NCBI GenBank assembly: GCA_039817025.1 | Contig: JBCBWQ010000001.1 | Location: 25,422 to 89,421, forward strand | Length of the DNA stretch: 64,000 bases | DNA from: Pseudomonadota bacterium | Lineage (GTDB): Bacteria > Pseudomonadota > Alphaproteobacteria > Caulobacterales > Hyphomonadaceae | Direction: 5' to 3' | Shown: positions 8,228 to 17,142 of the stretch, one piece after another | How the letters are laid out: each line of letters starts with the position of its first letter | Numbering within the stretch: position 1 is the stretch's first letter | Notes under the pieces: generated by a model | The model's input: only the letters and a program-made list of their open reading frames with translations | Told to the model about the DNA's origin: nothing | Database searches by the model: none | Position numbers and translations under genes: made by a program

Positions 8228-8984
8228 ATATTTGATCTCTGTTGGCTGACGGACGCGCAAATGGTGCGCCCAACCCCCTTCTTCCAAAACTCCTACGGTA
8301 AGCCACGCCTTGATGACCTACGCGTATTGAGCGGGATTATTTTCATCAAGCGCGATGGGTTGAGGTGGCCAGACGCACCTGCGGCCTATGGCCCACACGC
8401 GACTTTCTAAAACGGATGGAAGCGGTGGAGCGACAAGGGTATCTTCGCTCGGGTGATGGCCGGTCTGGCCGCCGAACACTGCGAAGATAAGGCAGTGATG
8501 ATCGACGCCATCTACCTAGGAGCCCACCGCACAGCGACCAGTTTAGGCGTTAGAAAGGGGGCGTGGACGCCTGATCGGTCGCACGAAAGGCGGCATGAAC
8601 ACCAAGCTGCCTGCCATCTGCGACAGCAAAGGCCCACCGCTCAATCTGTTCGACACGGCCGGGCAAGTCAGCGACTACATCGGAGCGCGTGCACTACGAA
8701 GCAGGGTGCCGGACATTGATTGGTTGGTTCCGGATCGCGGCTCTGACGCCGATTAGTTACGAGAAGTGTTGAAAAACAAAGGAATACGCGCCTGCATCCC
8801 CTGCCGGAAGCAGCCCAAGAAACCGATAAAGCACGACAAGCGCCTCTACAATCGCCGCAACTGGATCGAGATCATGTTCGGCAGACTGAAGGATTGGCCG
8901 CGCGTGGGGAACTCATATGACCGCTATCCGAAAGTTTCCCTCTCGGCATTCGCCCTCGCTGCAACTGGGATCTATTGGATGTGA
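8228..8984 (+). pseudogene. IS5-family (IS427-like) transposase, start codon lost and multiple frameshifts
   Basis: Three consecutive frames read (I)FDLCWLTDAQM...GKPRLDDLRVLSGIIFIKRDGLRWPDAPAAYGPH / WKRWSDKGIFARVMAGLAAEH...MIDAIYLGAHRTA / KNKGIRACIPCRKQPKKPIKHDKRLYNRRNWIEIMFGRLKDW. The first codon is ATA. Confidence 0.8.
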
Positions 8985-8993
8985 TTCCCGATG

Positions 8994-9275
8994 CTAGGCG
9001 GCGATGGCGTATTCTTCGTCGGGCTTGTAGCTGCAGATCTTTTCCACAATGCGATCGGCGTCTTCGATGCACTTAACGCGGCGCAGGACGAACTGAATGG
9101 CTTCGGGGAAAGTATCCTGCTGCTCCGAGCAACGTTCCAACGCCCCTTCAAGGTCGCTGAGGTGTTGTTCGCTAAGCCCGCCGACCACGTCAAAATAGGC
9201 TTGCTTTTGGGCCTTGATCTCGCGCAGGCGGATGACTTCGGAGGCACGCTTCGGAGTTGGGATACATGCAATCAT
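8994..9275 (-). CDS. Hypothetical protein (93 aa from the ATG at 9275)
   Basis: ORF only. Its 3' end abuts the IS5 pseudogene, so the C-terminus may be altered. Confidence 0.3.
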   Translation of the reverse strand: MIACIPTPKRASEVIRLREIKAQKQAYFDVVGGLSEQHLSDLEGALERCSEQQDTFPEAIQFVLRRVKCIEDADRIVEKICSYKPDEEYAIAA

Positions 9276-9934
9276 CGTTATCACTCTTGACTGGCCGCGA
9301 AATGGCGCGGCTTTTAACGCTTTCCGTTTACTTACCGTCCACAGAGTGCCCGGTCTTGAAAAGGGCATTCGTGAGCGGCATCCCATTCTAGGATCTGTGG
9401 AACCGACTTACTCGTTACACTCAAGGCCGGCCAGCACACATGGCCATCCCTGAAACACACTCGGTACTCTTACACTACACCGTCGAAACTCGACGAACTG
9501 GTTACTGGCACTTGTTACACTCTCGACTGCGCCACCCTCGCGTTCGATGACGCTTGTTTGAGGCATTTGACCGTGGTTAACAATTCGCTAAATCTTCAAC
9601 ATGGTGGTGTTTTCTTTCACACCACGTTGGATGATTTGTCACCCATTGAGCCGCCTAGCGTAGGTCAGAGTATCGGTAACCCGCTGGGTCGACTGCTCAT
9701 TGTGCATTCTGGTCTCCAGCTTGCTATGGTCTAGAAATCCTAAACGAGGAAACGCAAATGGCTGTGGCTTTCTTGCCTGCCTTTGAAGCGTCTTCTGGGA
9801 ATTGACGCTTGTCCGTCTAGCTTTGAGCCGGAACGACGGCTTTTATGACGTTCGTGGATGCCGCCAAAGTGCGCCGGTCGTGTGTAAGTACGATGTTGCG
9901 CCGGGGAACTTGACCATCCGGCGCAACGGTTTCG

Positions 9935-10690
9935 CTAGGCCACGATGCTCATGTCGCGCAAGAGTTGGCGTTTCGTTGGCAGTTGCCGTTCTTTGGAGAG
10001 CGCTTTCGGAGATGTCTCCAAGAATTGTTCCATATCTGCACGTCTCATCCAAACAAACGTCTCTTCTGCCTCTAGCTCTTCGTCGGGACCAATCCATGCG
10101 CATGGTTCGCACCGTGAATAGCCGTAACGCACCGGAATGCCCTTCATCGCTAATGCGGTTGGGACCAGCCCGAATAGATAGTCAGGCGACCAAATCTTAA
10201 GTGTGATTTCGAATACGATGCGCGACATTAGTGCTGTAAAACCCTGGTTTCGCAGGCCATCGTCCCCACCCTTCAACCAGAATTCACCATGGTAGCAAAC
10301 GCGGCCCGTTATTTGGTCAAGAGACGGCAACCGTGAGAAATGGGTTTGATCCGGGTCTGCGATCATTCCTGGTGAAAGATACTTGTGCCGGTGGTCTCTC
10401 AGATGCTCTTGAAGAGACGTCTTCGACAGATCCATCAGTCTTATTGCTTGTGTGTGCACAACCTCTCGGCGGTCATTGAATGCGCAAACCCAGAAGGCGT
10501 TTTGGGCATCAATGAAAGAACTTGCAGCGTCGAAAATCGGATAGAGTGCCGTACGGTCGGATTGTGTGTTTCTAAGGCGTCTATATGCAACAAAGTCTCC
10601 GCCGATCTCGATCCGCAAACCCGCGGCCTCGAGCTCTTTTACAATATTAGAAACATTTACGATTGTGGTGAAAAGGCTTAGGGCAGTCAT
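9935..10690 (-). CDS. Hypothetical protein, possibly a GNAT-fold acyltransferase
   Basis: 251 aa. ...YHGEFWLKGGDDGLRNQGFTALMSRIVFEI... contains an (R/Q)xxGx(G/A/T)-like motif in a beta-strand/helix context typical of GNATs. No LuxI signature was seen. Confidence 0.35.
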   Translation of the reverse strand: MTALSLFTTIVNVSNIVKELEAAGLRIEIGGDFVAYRRLRNTQSDRTALYPIFDAASSFIDAQNAFWVCAFNDRREVVHTQAIRLMDLSKTSLQEHLRDHRHKYLSPGMIADPDQTHFSRLPSLDQITGRVCYHGEFWLKGGDDGLRNQGFTALMSRIVFEITLKIWSPDYLFGLVPTALAMKGIPVRYGYSRCEPCAWIGPDEELEAEETFVWMRRADMEQFLETSPKALSKERQLPTKRQLLRDMSIVA

Positions 10691-11255
10691 TTCGTTTTCT
10701 CCTTGTGTGCAGCGTGAGGAGGGAAATTATCAATCGCTTACCAAATCTCTCCAATAGAATTTTTGCAATATAAGTTTGGAAAAGGAAAATTTCATCAATT
10801 TCATGAAAATATAAGTATTATACACGAAATTTGAGCTTTTTGATCGCTCGCTTGCGCGGTTCGTCGTCAAGCCGTAGGGCTTGGAATTAAAGGGTACAAG
10901 AGGCATTATGCGCTAGGTGATTATTACGTGCACTACAGCGCGTCACCTTCCAGGTCTGAATTTGGATTGGAAGCTCCCACTTTTTCCGAGGGAGTTGGGT
11001 CATTTGAATTGCCAGTTTCTCTACTGAGAGGCCGAGGAAGTCCAAAGACGTTAATTGCGCTCAAATCATTTTTGAACGAGTGCATGCGCCGTTCTGATGT
11101 AACTTAATCTAGCCCACCCTAGAGAATAGTCTGGGCGAAACATTGCCTGCGGAATCCCTTTCGTCTCCTACGCCTCTACGAAGCTATGGGTCCTATTCTA
11201 CCTTGAAAAGAAATATACTTCCGGATTGGTGAGTGCCGTTACACCAGAGCTGATG

Positions 11256-12131
11256 CTACGTGAACACGTCGTAGTTTTCTGCAGGACTTGGGTTCATTTC
11301 TTGCGCTAGTGCATCTATTTCGACCTCCCTTGTAATGATCACCAGAACGGCCAATACCGGTGTTTGGTCAGGAAGCAACAGAGTCATAAGCAGTCTTTGG
11401 AAGGTAACGGGTACCGGTTCCGGGCTGTCTTCCCTCGGGAGGTGCGCGAACACATGATCCAGTCTGGCCTCGCCGCCTCGATGGACTTTAGAATAAGTCT
11501 CCGAAACCATGCGATCAAATTCGGTGCCGGCCTGGTCCTCGCTTGACAGGTTGCCAACGGCACTTTTTGACCATGCCCATCCAAACCACCGTGTGTATGC
11601 AGACTGATCACCGATCTCCACGCAGAGCCATCCGCGAGGATCTTTCTTGTAAATGATAATATGGGGTCGAATTTCCTGGAAGGCCAAGGACTCCAACTTT
11701 GCCGATGATGCTGCCCAGGCGGCAAGCGCCTCTTGAACGAGGGGGCTCGCTTTGTGTGACATGTGACAAAGCGGGTGTTGTTGGGAAAATGATTCCCGGC
11801 CATCTCCATCAATACAGTGTGACGTCTCAAGCTGCGGCCTAGTAGGTGTCGTAGTGCTAGCGCGCGCGCACCAGCGTTCGGTGAGCGATAGGATTGCCTT
11901 TGCATCGTCGACCATTGCTGCGCCAAGCGGGGTCAGTGCATAATTGTTCCGATTTAACGCAAACAGCGGTGCGCCTTTGAGTTCCTCAAGGTGGGAAATA
12001 TAGCGCCGCACAGTCTGCCGCGTCAGACCTAGTTCGGAAGATACTCGTGTGAGGTTCGGGCTTTTCGAGAGCGCAATGAATGCTCGGAGCATCTCGAGGG
12101 TCTTGTTATCGCCAATGTGCTTCTGAGCCAA
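11256..12131 (-). CDS. Transcriptional regulator with a LysR-type N-terminal HTH and an unrecognised C-terminal domain
   Basis: LEMLRAFIALSKSPNLTRVSSELGLTRQTVRRYISHLEELKGAPLF is a LysR HTH. The remaining 200 aa do not show the usual LysR substrate-binding pattern by eye. Confidence 0.65.
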   Translation of the reverse strand: MAQKHIGDNKTLEMLRAFIALSKSPNLTRVSSELGLTRQTVRRYISHLEELKGAPLFALNRNNYALTPLGAAMVDDAKAILSLTERWCARASTTTPTRPQLETSHCIDGDGRESFSQQHPLCHMSHKASPLVQEALAAWAASSAKLESLAFQEIRPHIIIYKKDPRGWLCVEIGDQSAYTRWFGWAWSKSAVGNLSSEDQAGTEFDRMVSETYSKVHRGGEARLDHVFAHLPREDSPEPVPVTFQRLLMTLLLPDQTPVLAVLVIITREVEIDALAQEMNPSPAENYDVFT

Positions 12132-12398
12132 GTCTATACATCACAGAGATATTTTCAGTGCCTGCATGATATATCATACGCCTTCGGTCGATGGCTATAC
12201 CAACGGAGACAAATAGACTTGGAATTCACACCGCGCACTCGGGCACTTACGCGTGCGCGGAGGTGTTTGGTCCGCTTGTGCGGGTATTTGGGAGTACACA
12301 GAGGTTGATTGATCGACATCACTATGTGGGCGAACTTGGTGCAGGGCCATGGCACCGCGCGCAATTGGCATTTGATCGCGATGGCTTCCGAGCGTGCA

Positions 12399-12698
12399 AT
12401 GGCGAAGTTTGACATAGACCCAACCGAATTCGATGTCGCCGTAGGTGCAGTTTTGAGGTCGCAGCGTAAGAAAGCCGGTTTGGAGGCAAAGCTCGTTGCC
12501 GAGGCGATTGGAGCCAAAGTGGAACAGATTTCGCGCTACGAAGCTGGCACTAACAAAGTCTCAGTTATGCGCCTTTGCCAGTTGGCGAACGTCTTTGATG
12601 TACCCCCATCCGCATTGATGCTGGAAATTGAAGTGAGAGTTTCACAGGGTGCCAAGCTGTCGCGGTCAGACAGCTTCAGGAAAAATCAAAGAACTTAG
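12399..12698 (+). CDS. XRE-family HTH protein, PraR-like paralog lacking the C-terminal domain
   Basis: LRSQRKKAGLEAKLVAEAIGAKVEQISRYEAGTNKVSVMRLCQLANVFDVPPSALMLEIEV is near-colinear with the ORF at 56260..56688. It ends about 45 aa earlier. The start was chosen by alignment; the track ORF starts at 12309. Confidence 0.7.
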   Translation: MAKFDIDPTEFDVAVGAVLRSQRKKAGLEAKLVAEAIGAKVEQISRYEAGTNKVSVMRLCQLANVFDVPPSALMLEIEVRVSQGAKLSRSDSFRKNQRT

Positions 12699-13410
12699 CC
12701 CAAACGGCTTCGCGGGCATTTGCACGGAGCTCTCGTGTGGCCCGAATGGCACTGATGCTTGCGAGAAGACGGCAGCACACCAGCGTAGCTGTTGCTGGGT
12801 GCATCAAGCCTGGTTCTCTAAATCCGATTTGCGGAAGCAGCAGCGATCTGAGGCGAGGGAACGATTTTGTATGGTGTCGCGTTCAGTAAGTGGGCTCCGC
12901 CTACCAACTTGCACGTTGCGTCGCGCAAATAACGGACTATGGGAAACGCTACCGCAACAGCTTTGAGGTTTTATCATAGACAGCTTCAAGATGCTCGAGC
13001 AGTGTGAAGCCGATGACAGCAGATAGTGCAACGCCGGATACGAGTAATCTGCGCGTGGCTGGTTCTTTAGCGCTAGAAAGCGGCTCAACATGCGCCCGCA
13101 CGTTATATCGCACGCATGTGCACTCCTCTACAGAGTTGATGGCAGCGTTGTATCGCCGCTTTTCGAATCCATGCCTGCCGATCAAGATTCTACCCTAGGT
13201 TAATGGTTGAAGTGAGCATTCCTAATAAGGGTTGATTTGTCAACATCAGCCAGTAATGTGGCCATATGAGTGGTGTTATAGCCGCTGGTCTGCATGGAGT
13301 GTTTAGGCGTACGCGTATGCTGTCGGGATGTAGTTTGAAACCTAATTGCCAGAACTGGCCGAGATGATAAGCAGGCCCGGGGGGGCGAGGAGACTGGTGA
13401 AGAAGGTGAA

Positions 13411-13626
13411 ATGGCGATCGACAAGGATGTACCTGCGCTTGCTGAGCGTTTTTTTGATGGGGCCAAAGAAGACTATGAGTTTGTGGCGCATGCCATAAGC
13501 GACCCAGTCGTCCTGTCGCTAATGGAAATTGCCGCCGCGCTCGGGTCAGAGGAGCGCGACCAACTGCTGTTTTTCGCAGAAGATCTGCAGTTGGAAGCAA
13601 TGCGGTGCAAGAATGGCAACGGGTAG
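13411..13626 (+). CDS. 71-aa protein resembling the PraR-type C-terminal domain only (no HTH)
   Basis: FFDGAKEDYEFVAHAISDPVVLSLMEIAAALGSEERDQLLFFAEDL. The F..(12)..FV..ISDP.V...L..L..AL pattern matches the C-terminal part of PraR/PhrR-like regulators as I recall them. It is convergent with the XRE gene at 13706..14122. Confidence 0.55.
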   Translation: MAIDKDVPALAERFFDGAKEDYEFVAHAISDPVVLSLMEIAAALGSEERDQLLFFAEDLQLEAMRCKNGNG

Positions 13627-13705
13627 CCTAAGCTTCCTGATCGGATACTGCAAAGAAGACATGATCCAGGGGTTGGTCAGAGACTGGCGCCGCCAGTGAA
13701 GAAAT

Positions 13706-14122
13706 TCACTTTCGCTGACTGCGCGACGCAAGCTTCGCTACTGTGGCAAGTGCCGCGCTGAAGTCTTCGTTATCCATTTCCACCAAAGACGACGTCAAAA
13801 TGCGGCCGGTCGAGGAACCAAGAAAGGCAAGCTCTTGGGCGCGTTCATGCGTTTGCGATGCTTCTGGATCGCGAAGTGCGTTTTCAAGCTCACTTAGAAG
13901 CGCCACGGCATCAACGCCGACTGCTTGTGCAATTGCAAGCAGTCTGTGTACGGAAACCCGATTGAGCCCGACCTCATACTTCTGAATTTGCTGAGCTGAA
14001 GTGCCCACTGAGCGCCCAAGGTCTTCTTGTGAAAGCCCGGCCGATTTGCGGTGAAGCCGGATCAGGTTGCCCAAAGCTTCATCAGTCTTCTGTGGGTCAG
14101 GTGCTGTCATCTGTGCCCGCAA
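13706..14122 (-). CDS. XRE-family regulator, PraR/PhrR-like (HTH plus C-terminal domain)
   Basis: LIRLHRKSAGLSQEDLGRSVGTSAQQIQKYEVGLNRVSVHRLLAIAQAVGV..., then ...ELAFLGSSTGRILTSSLVEMDNEDFSAALATVAKLA. Confidence 0.8.
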   Translation of the reverse strand: MRAQMTAPDPQKTDEALGNLIRLHRKSAGLSQEDLGRSVGTSAQQIQKYEVGLNRVSVHRLLAIAQAVGVDAVALLSELENALRDPEASQTHERAQELAFLGSSTGRILTSSLVEMDNEDFSAALATVAKLASRSQRK

Positions 14123-14303
14123 AACTCCGGTTGCTGGTCTAGTATACGCCCAAGGTCACCTCTGTGTTGTTGAACAAGCACGCGCTACCTCTGCGGACGG
14201 CATATGAGCGCAAGTCCTTACGAAATGCGAGAGAATTCTGGTTGAGCGCCGGGAAGGAGCATCATTTTGCTGAAGGATGTGCAAACCCGGCGGGCCTGTC
14301 ATT

Positions 14304-15632
14304 CTATTCAGTGTCAGCCAAGGCGGTTGCCAATGCTTCAAAGGCCTCCTCAGCCGAAACGTTTTGGTTCCCGTCCTGGATAAGCCTTGCCTCCAATGTG
14401 CCCCGGACCGCCACTGCTCGATCAACACTTGCGTCGGATCCTTTCTGGTAGGCGCCGAGCCGGATAAGGTCTGCCATCTTTTCGTACAGAGACAACGCTT
14501 CCCTGGCCTGTCTCAGCATCGCGTTCTCCTGATCCGAATGGCACCCCGGCAGCATCCGAGAGACGCTACGCAAAAGGTCAACGGCTGGGAAACGGCCACT
14601 TTCGGCTATGGTGCGATCCAACAGAATGTGGCCGTCCAGCATGCCGCGAACGCCGTCCGAGATTGGATCGTCCAAATTGTCGCCCTCAGCGAGTACTGTA
14701 TACAGCGCTGTGATATCGCCTTGTTGCTGGCTTCCTGGGCCAGATCGCTCGACCAAACGCGGAAGTTCGGCAAAGACCGTTGGGGGAAAGCTACGTTGAG
14801 CGGGAGGTTCGCCGGTTGCGAGGCCAATCTCGCGCTGCGCGTGTGCAAACCGGGTGACGCTGTCGAGGATTAGCAGGACGTGTCGCCCTGAGTCGCGAAA
14901 GTGCTCCGCCACGGCGGTGGCTGTCCAGGCGGCTTGGCGGCGTGTAAGCGCCGGCTCATCGCCAGTGGCCACCACGATAACCGAGCGCGCCATGCCAATG
15001 GGCCCCAGGTCACGCTGCACGAAGTCTTGCAGCTCGCGCCCGCGCTCGCCAATCAGGCCAATGACGACAACGTCTGCCTGTGCCTGCATGGCCAGTTTTG
15101 CGATCAGGGTCGATTTGCCAACGCCGGGGCCTGCGAAGATTCCCATCCGCTGACCCCGGCAGATCGGTGCAAATACATCGATGCTGGACACCCCGGTGCT
15201 TAGCCGCGCGCCGGTCCGACGACGCGCGTATGCTGGCGGGGGGGCATTGCGTGCGCAGCGCTGGGCGGTTCCATTTTGCAATGGGCCCTTGCCATCAACC
15301 GGCATGCCGAATGCATTCACGACGCGGCCGATCCAGGCGTCATGCGGGCGCAAGGTCGAACCACCCGTTTGTACTTCCACTGGGTCGCCCTCGGTGACGC
15401 CGTCCCAGTTTCCAAAGGGGAGCACGCTGCAACCGAGGCTTTGGATGCTGACGACTTCGCCTCGAACAGGCCCGTTTGCGCCATGTACAAGACAGTGCTG
15501 CCCGATCCCCAAAAAGCCACCAAGGCCGCGGACTGTCAGCAAAAGGCCCGAGACGCTCGCGACTTCACCTTCCAACCGTGTTCCGGTGGTTGTGGCAAAA
15601 ACACTATTAAGATTAGCCAAGCCGGGAGTCAT
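14304..15632 (-). CDS. fliI: Flagellum-specific ATPase FliI
   Basis: Walker A GPGVGKST, then VVVIGLIGERGRE, and a T3SS/F1-ATPase-like C-terminal region. Confidence 0.95.
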   Translation of the reverse strand: MTPGLANLNSVFATTTGTRLEGEVASVSGLLLTVRGLGGFLGIGQHCLVHGANGPVRGEVVSIQSLGCSVLPFGNWDGVTEGDPVEVQTGGSTLRPHDAWIGRVVNAFGMPVDGKGPLQNGTAQRCARNAPPPAYARRRTGARLSTGVSSIDVFAPICRGQRMGIFAGPGVGKSTLIAKLAMQAQADVVVIGLIGERGRELQDFVQRDLGPIGMARSVIVVATGDEPALTRRQAAWTATAVAEHFRDSGRHVLLILDSVTRFAHAQREIGLATGEPPAQRSFPPTVFAELPRLVERSGPGSQQQGDITALYTVLAEGDNLDDPISDGVRGMLDGHILLDRTIAESGRFPAVDLLRSVSRMLPGCHSDQENAMLRQAREALSLYEKMADLIRLGAYQKGSDASVDRAVAVRGTLEARLIQDGNQNVSAEEAFEALATALADTE

Positions 15633-15686
15633 GAATAAAATCCTTGTATCTGATTTTAATCATGATAAAGGTTCTGTTAAATCTTG
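15631..15686. repeat. fliI/flgB spacer: variant copies of the cluster motif (ATGAATAAA, TTAAATCTTG) and two TTAA half-sites 21 nt apart
   Basis: Read directly: ATGAATAAA at 15631-15639, TTAA at 15656 and 15677, TTAAATCTTG at 15677-15686. Confidence 0.4.
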
Positions 15687-15700
15687 CAAAGACGTAAAAC

Positions 15701-16087
15701 ATGGATAGCGCATCTTTTTTTGATCTTGCCTCGAAGCGGATGGCCTGGCTGGCCGAGACGCAGCGCGTCGTCGCGGAAAACGTGGCGAATGCCGACACGC
15801 CTGGCTTCAAGGCGCGGACGACCGAGGGCTTTGAAAAAATGCTGAGCGACGGTGTGCAGGCACATCTAAAAGTGTCGCATCCCGGTCATATCGGCAGCAC
15901 GCAGGCGACAAGCGTTCGTGTTGATGTCGACCCGGATGCGTGGGGGGCCAGCCCCAATGGCAACACGGTCGCGCTGGAACAACAATCGATCAAGGCCAAC
16001 GAGATCAATGAAAACTACCAACTGGCCGCCAGCCTCTATCGAAAGGGCCACGAGCTTGTCCGTCTTGCAGCAACGGGCGTGCGGTAA
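15701..16087 (+). CDS. flgB: Flagellar basal-body rod protein FlgB
   Basis: QRVVAENVANADTPGFKA N-terminal rod motif, and its position before flgC. Confidence 0.92.
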   Translation: MDSASFFDLASKRMAWLAETQRVVAENVANADTPGFKARTTEGFEKMLSDGVQAHLKVSHPGHIGSTQATSVRVDVDPDAWGASPNGNTVALEQQSIKANEINENYQLAASLYRKGHELVRLAATGVR

Positions 16088-16099
16088 GGAGGATTTGCA

Positions 16100-16510
16100 A
16101 TGGATCCCTTGAAATCAATCTCGGCCATTGCCGCCAGTGGCATGCACGCGCAGGGCGTGCGCCTGAAGGTCACGGCTGAGAACGTCGCCAACGCCGGTTC
16201 AACCGGCAACACTCCGGGTGAGGATCCGTTCCGGCGTAAGACCGTGTCGTTCTCAGAGATGGTCGACCGTGCGAGCGGCAATTCGCTGGTTCAGGTCGGC
16301 GCAATCGGACGTGACCAGTCAGACTTCCCGCTCAAATACGACCCCGTGCATCCGGCCGCCGATGAGCGGGGCTATGTGCGCACATCAAATGTGAGCTCGA
16401 TCATCGAGATGAACAATATGCGCGAAGCGTCGCGCAGCTACGAGGCCAACATCAACATGTTCGATGCAGGCCGCCGGATGCGGCGGCAGATGCTGGATAT
16501 GTTGAAGTAA
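16100..16510 (+). CDS. flgC: Flagellar basal-body rod protein FlgC
   Basis: LKVTAENVANAGST... and C-terminal SNVSSIIEMNNMREASRSYEAN. Confidence 0.93.
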   Translation: MDPLKSISAIAASGMHAQGVRLKVTAENVANAGSTGNTPGEDPFRRKTVSFSEMVDRASGNSLVQVGAIGRDQSDFPLKYDPVHPAADERGYVRTSNVSSIIEMNNMREASRSYEANINMFDAGRRMRRQMLDMLK

Positions 16511-16523
16511 AGGGGCAGGGGCG

Positions 16524-16844
16524 ATGTCAGGTATCAACTCAATCGTGTCAAACGCGGCGATCCAAGGCGCTTATCAGACCAGCCAGGATCTGAAGTCACG
16601 CGGCGCGAACACCCAGGACGCAGGCGCCACGAATTTCAGTGAAATGGTGCGCGATGCCTCGGTCGATGCGCTCGACACTGTGCGCAAGGCCGAGCAGGCC
16701 GCCGCGGCGGGGATGCGCGGGGACATGAGTACCCAGGCCGTCGTCGAGGCCACGATGGACATGGAGACCTCCCTGCGCGTCGCCGTGTCGGTCCGCGACA
16801 AGGTCGTCCAAGCCTACCAGGAAATCATGCGCATGCCGATCTAG
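16524..16844 (+). CDS. fliE: Flagellar hook-basal body protein FliE
   Basis: FSEMVRDA...VVEATMDMETSLRVAVSVRDKVVQAYQEIMRM. Confidence 0.9.
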   Translation: MSGINSIVSNAAIQGAYQTSQDLKSRGANTQDAGATNFSEMVRDASVDALDTVRKAEQAAAAGMRGDMSTQAVVEATMDMETSLRVAVSVRDKVVQAYQEIMRMPI

Positions 16845-16872
16845 GCAGCGCGGTCGTGAAGGAACCTCAAAG

Positions 16873-17142
16873 ATGAGTGACCAAGAAGTTTATACCGCAT
16901 TCAGTGCGATGGTCTGGGCGGTTTTGATTGGCTCCGGCCCTGTGTTGGGCGTGGCTCTGGCCGTGGGCCTTGTGATCTCGTTTGTGCAGGCGCTGACACA
17001 GATCCAGGAGATGACGCTGACCTTCGTACCAAAGATCGTTGCGATCTTCGTGGGCCTCGTTGCGTCGGCGCCGTTCATATACACTACGCTGGCACGTCTG
17101 TCGTCGGATGTCTTCGACCGGATTGGGAGCGGCGCGTTTTGA
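16873..17142 (+). CDS. fliQ: Flagellar export gate protein FliQ
   Basis: 89 aa with two hydrophobic helices; ALTQIQEMTLTFVPKIVAIFV. Confidence 0.92.
   Translation: MSDQEVYTAFSAMVWAVLIGSGPVLGVALAVGLVISFVQALTQIQEMTLTFVPKIVAIFVGLVASAPFIYTTLARLSSDVFDRIGSGAF

Noticed and set aside
9935-10690. The idea that the 251-aa ORF next to the LysR-type gene is a LuxI-type AHL synthase.
   Set aside because: I could not find the conserved LuxI N-terminal R/F/W/D/D/R pattern, only a weak GNAT-like motif.
12649-13200. Short ORFs (64-105 aa) on both strands in the 12.7-13.4 kb gap.
   Set aside because: They are mutually overlapping, Cys/Arg-rich and without motifs. I treated the region as non-coding or decayed DNA.
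14277-15708. Plus-strand ORFs of 100-198 aa opposite fliI.
   Set aside because: They are antisense to the FliI ATPase gene, which carries Walker motifs.
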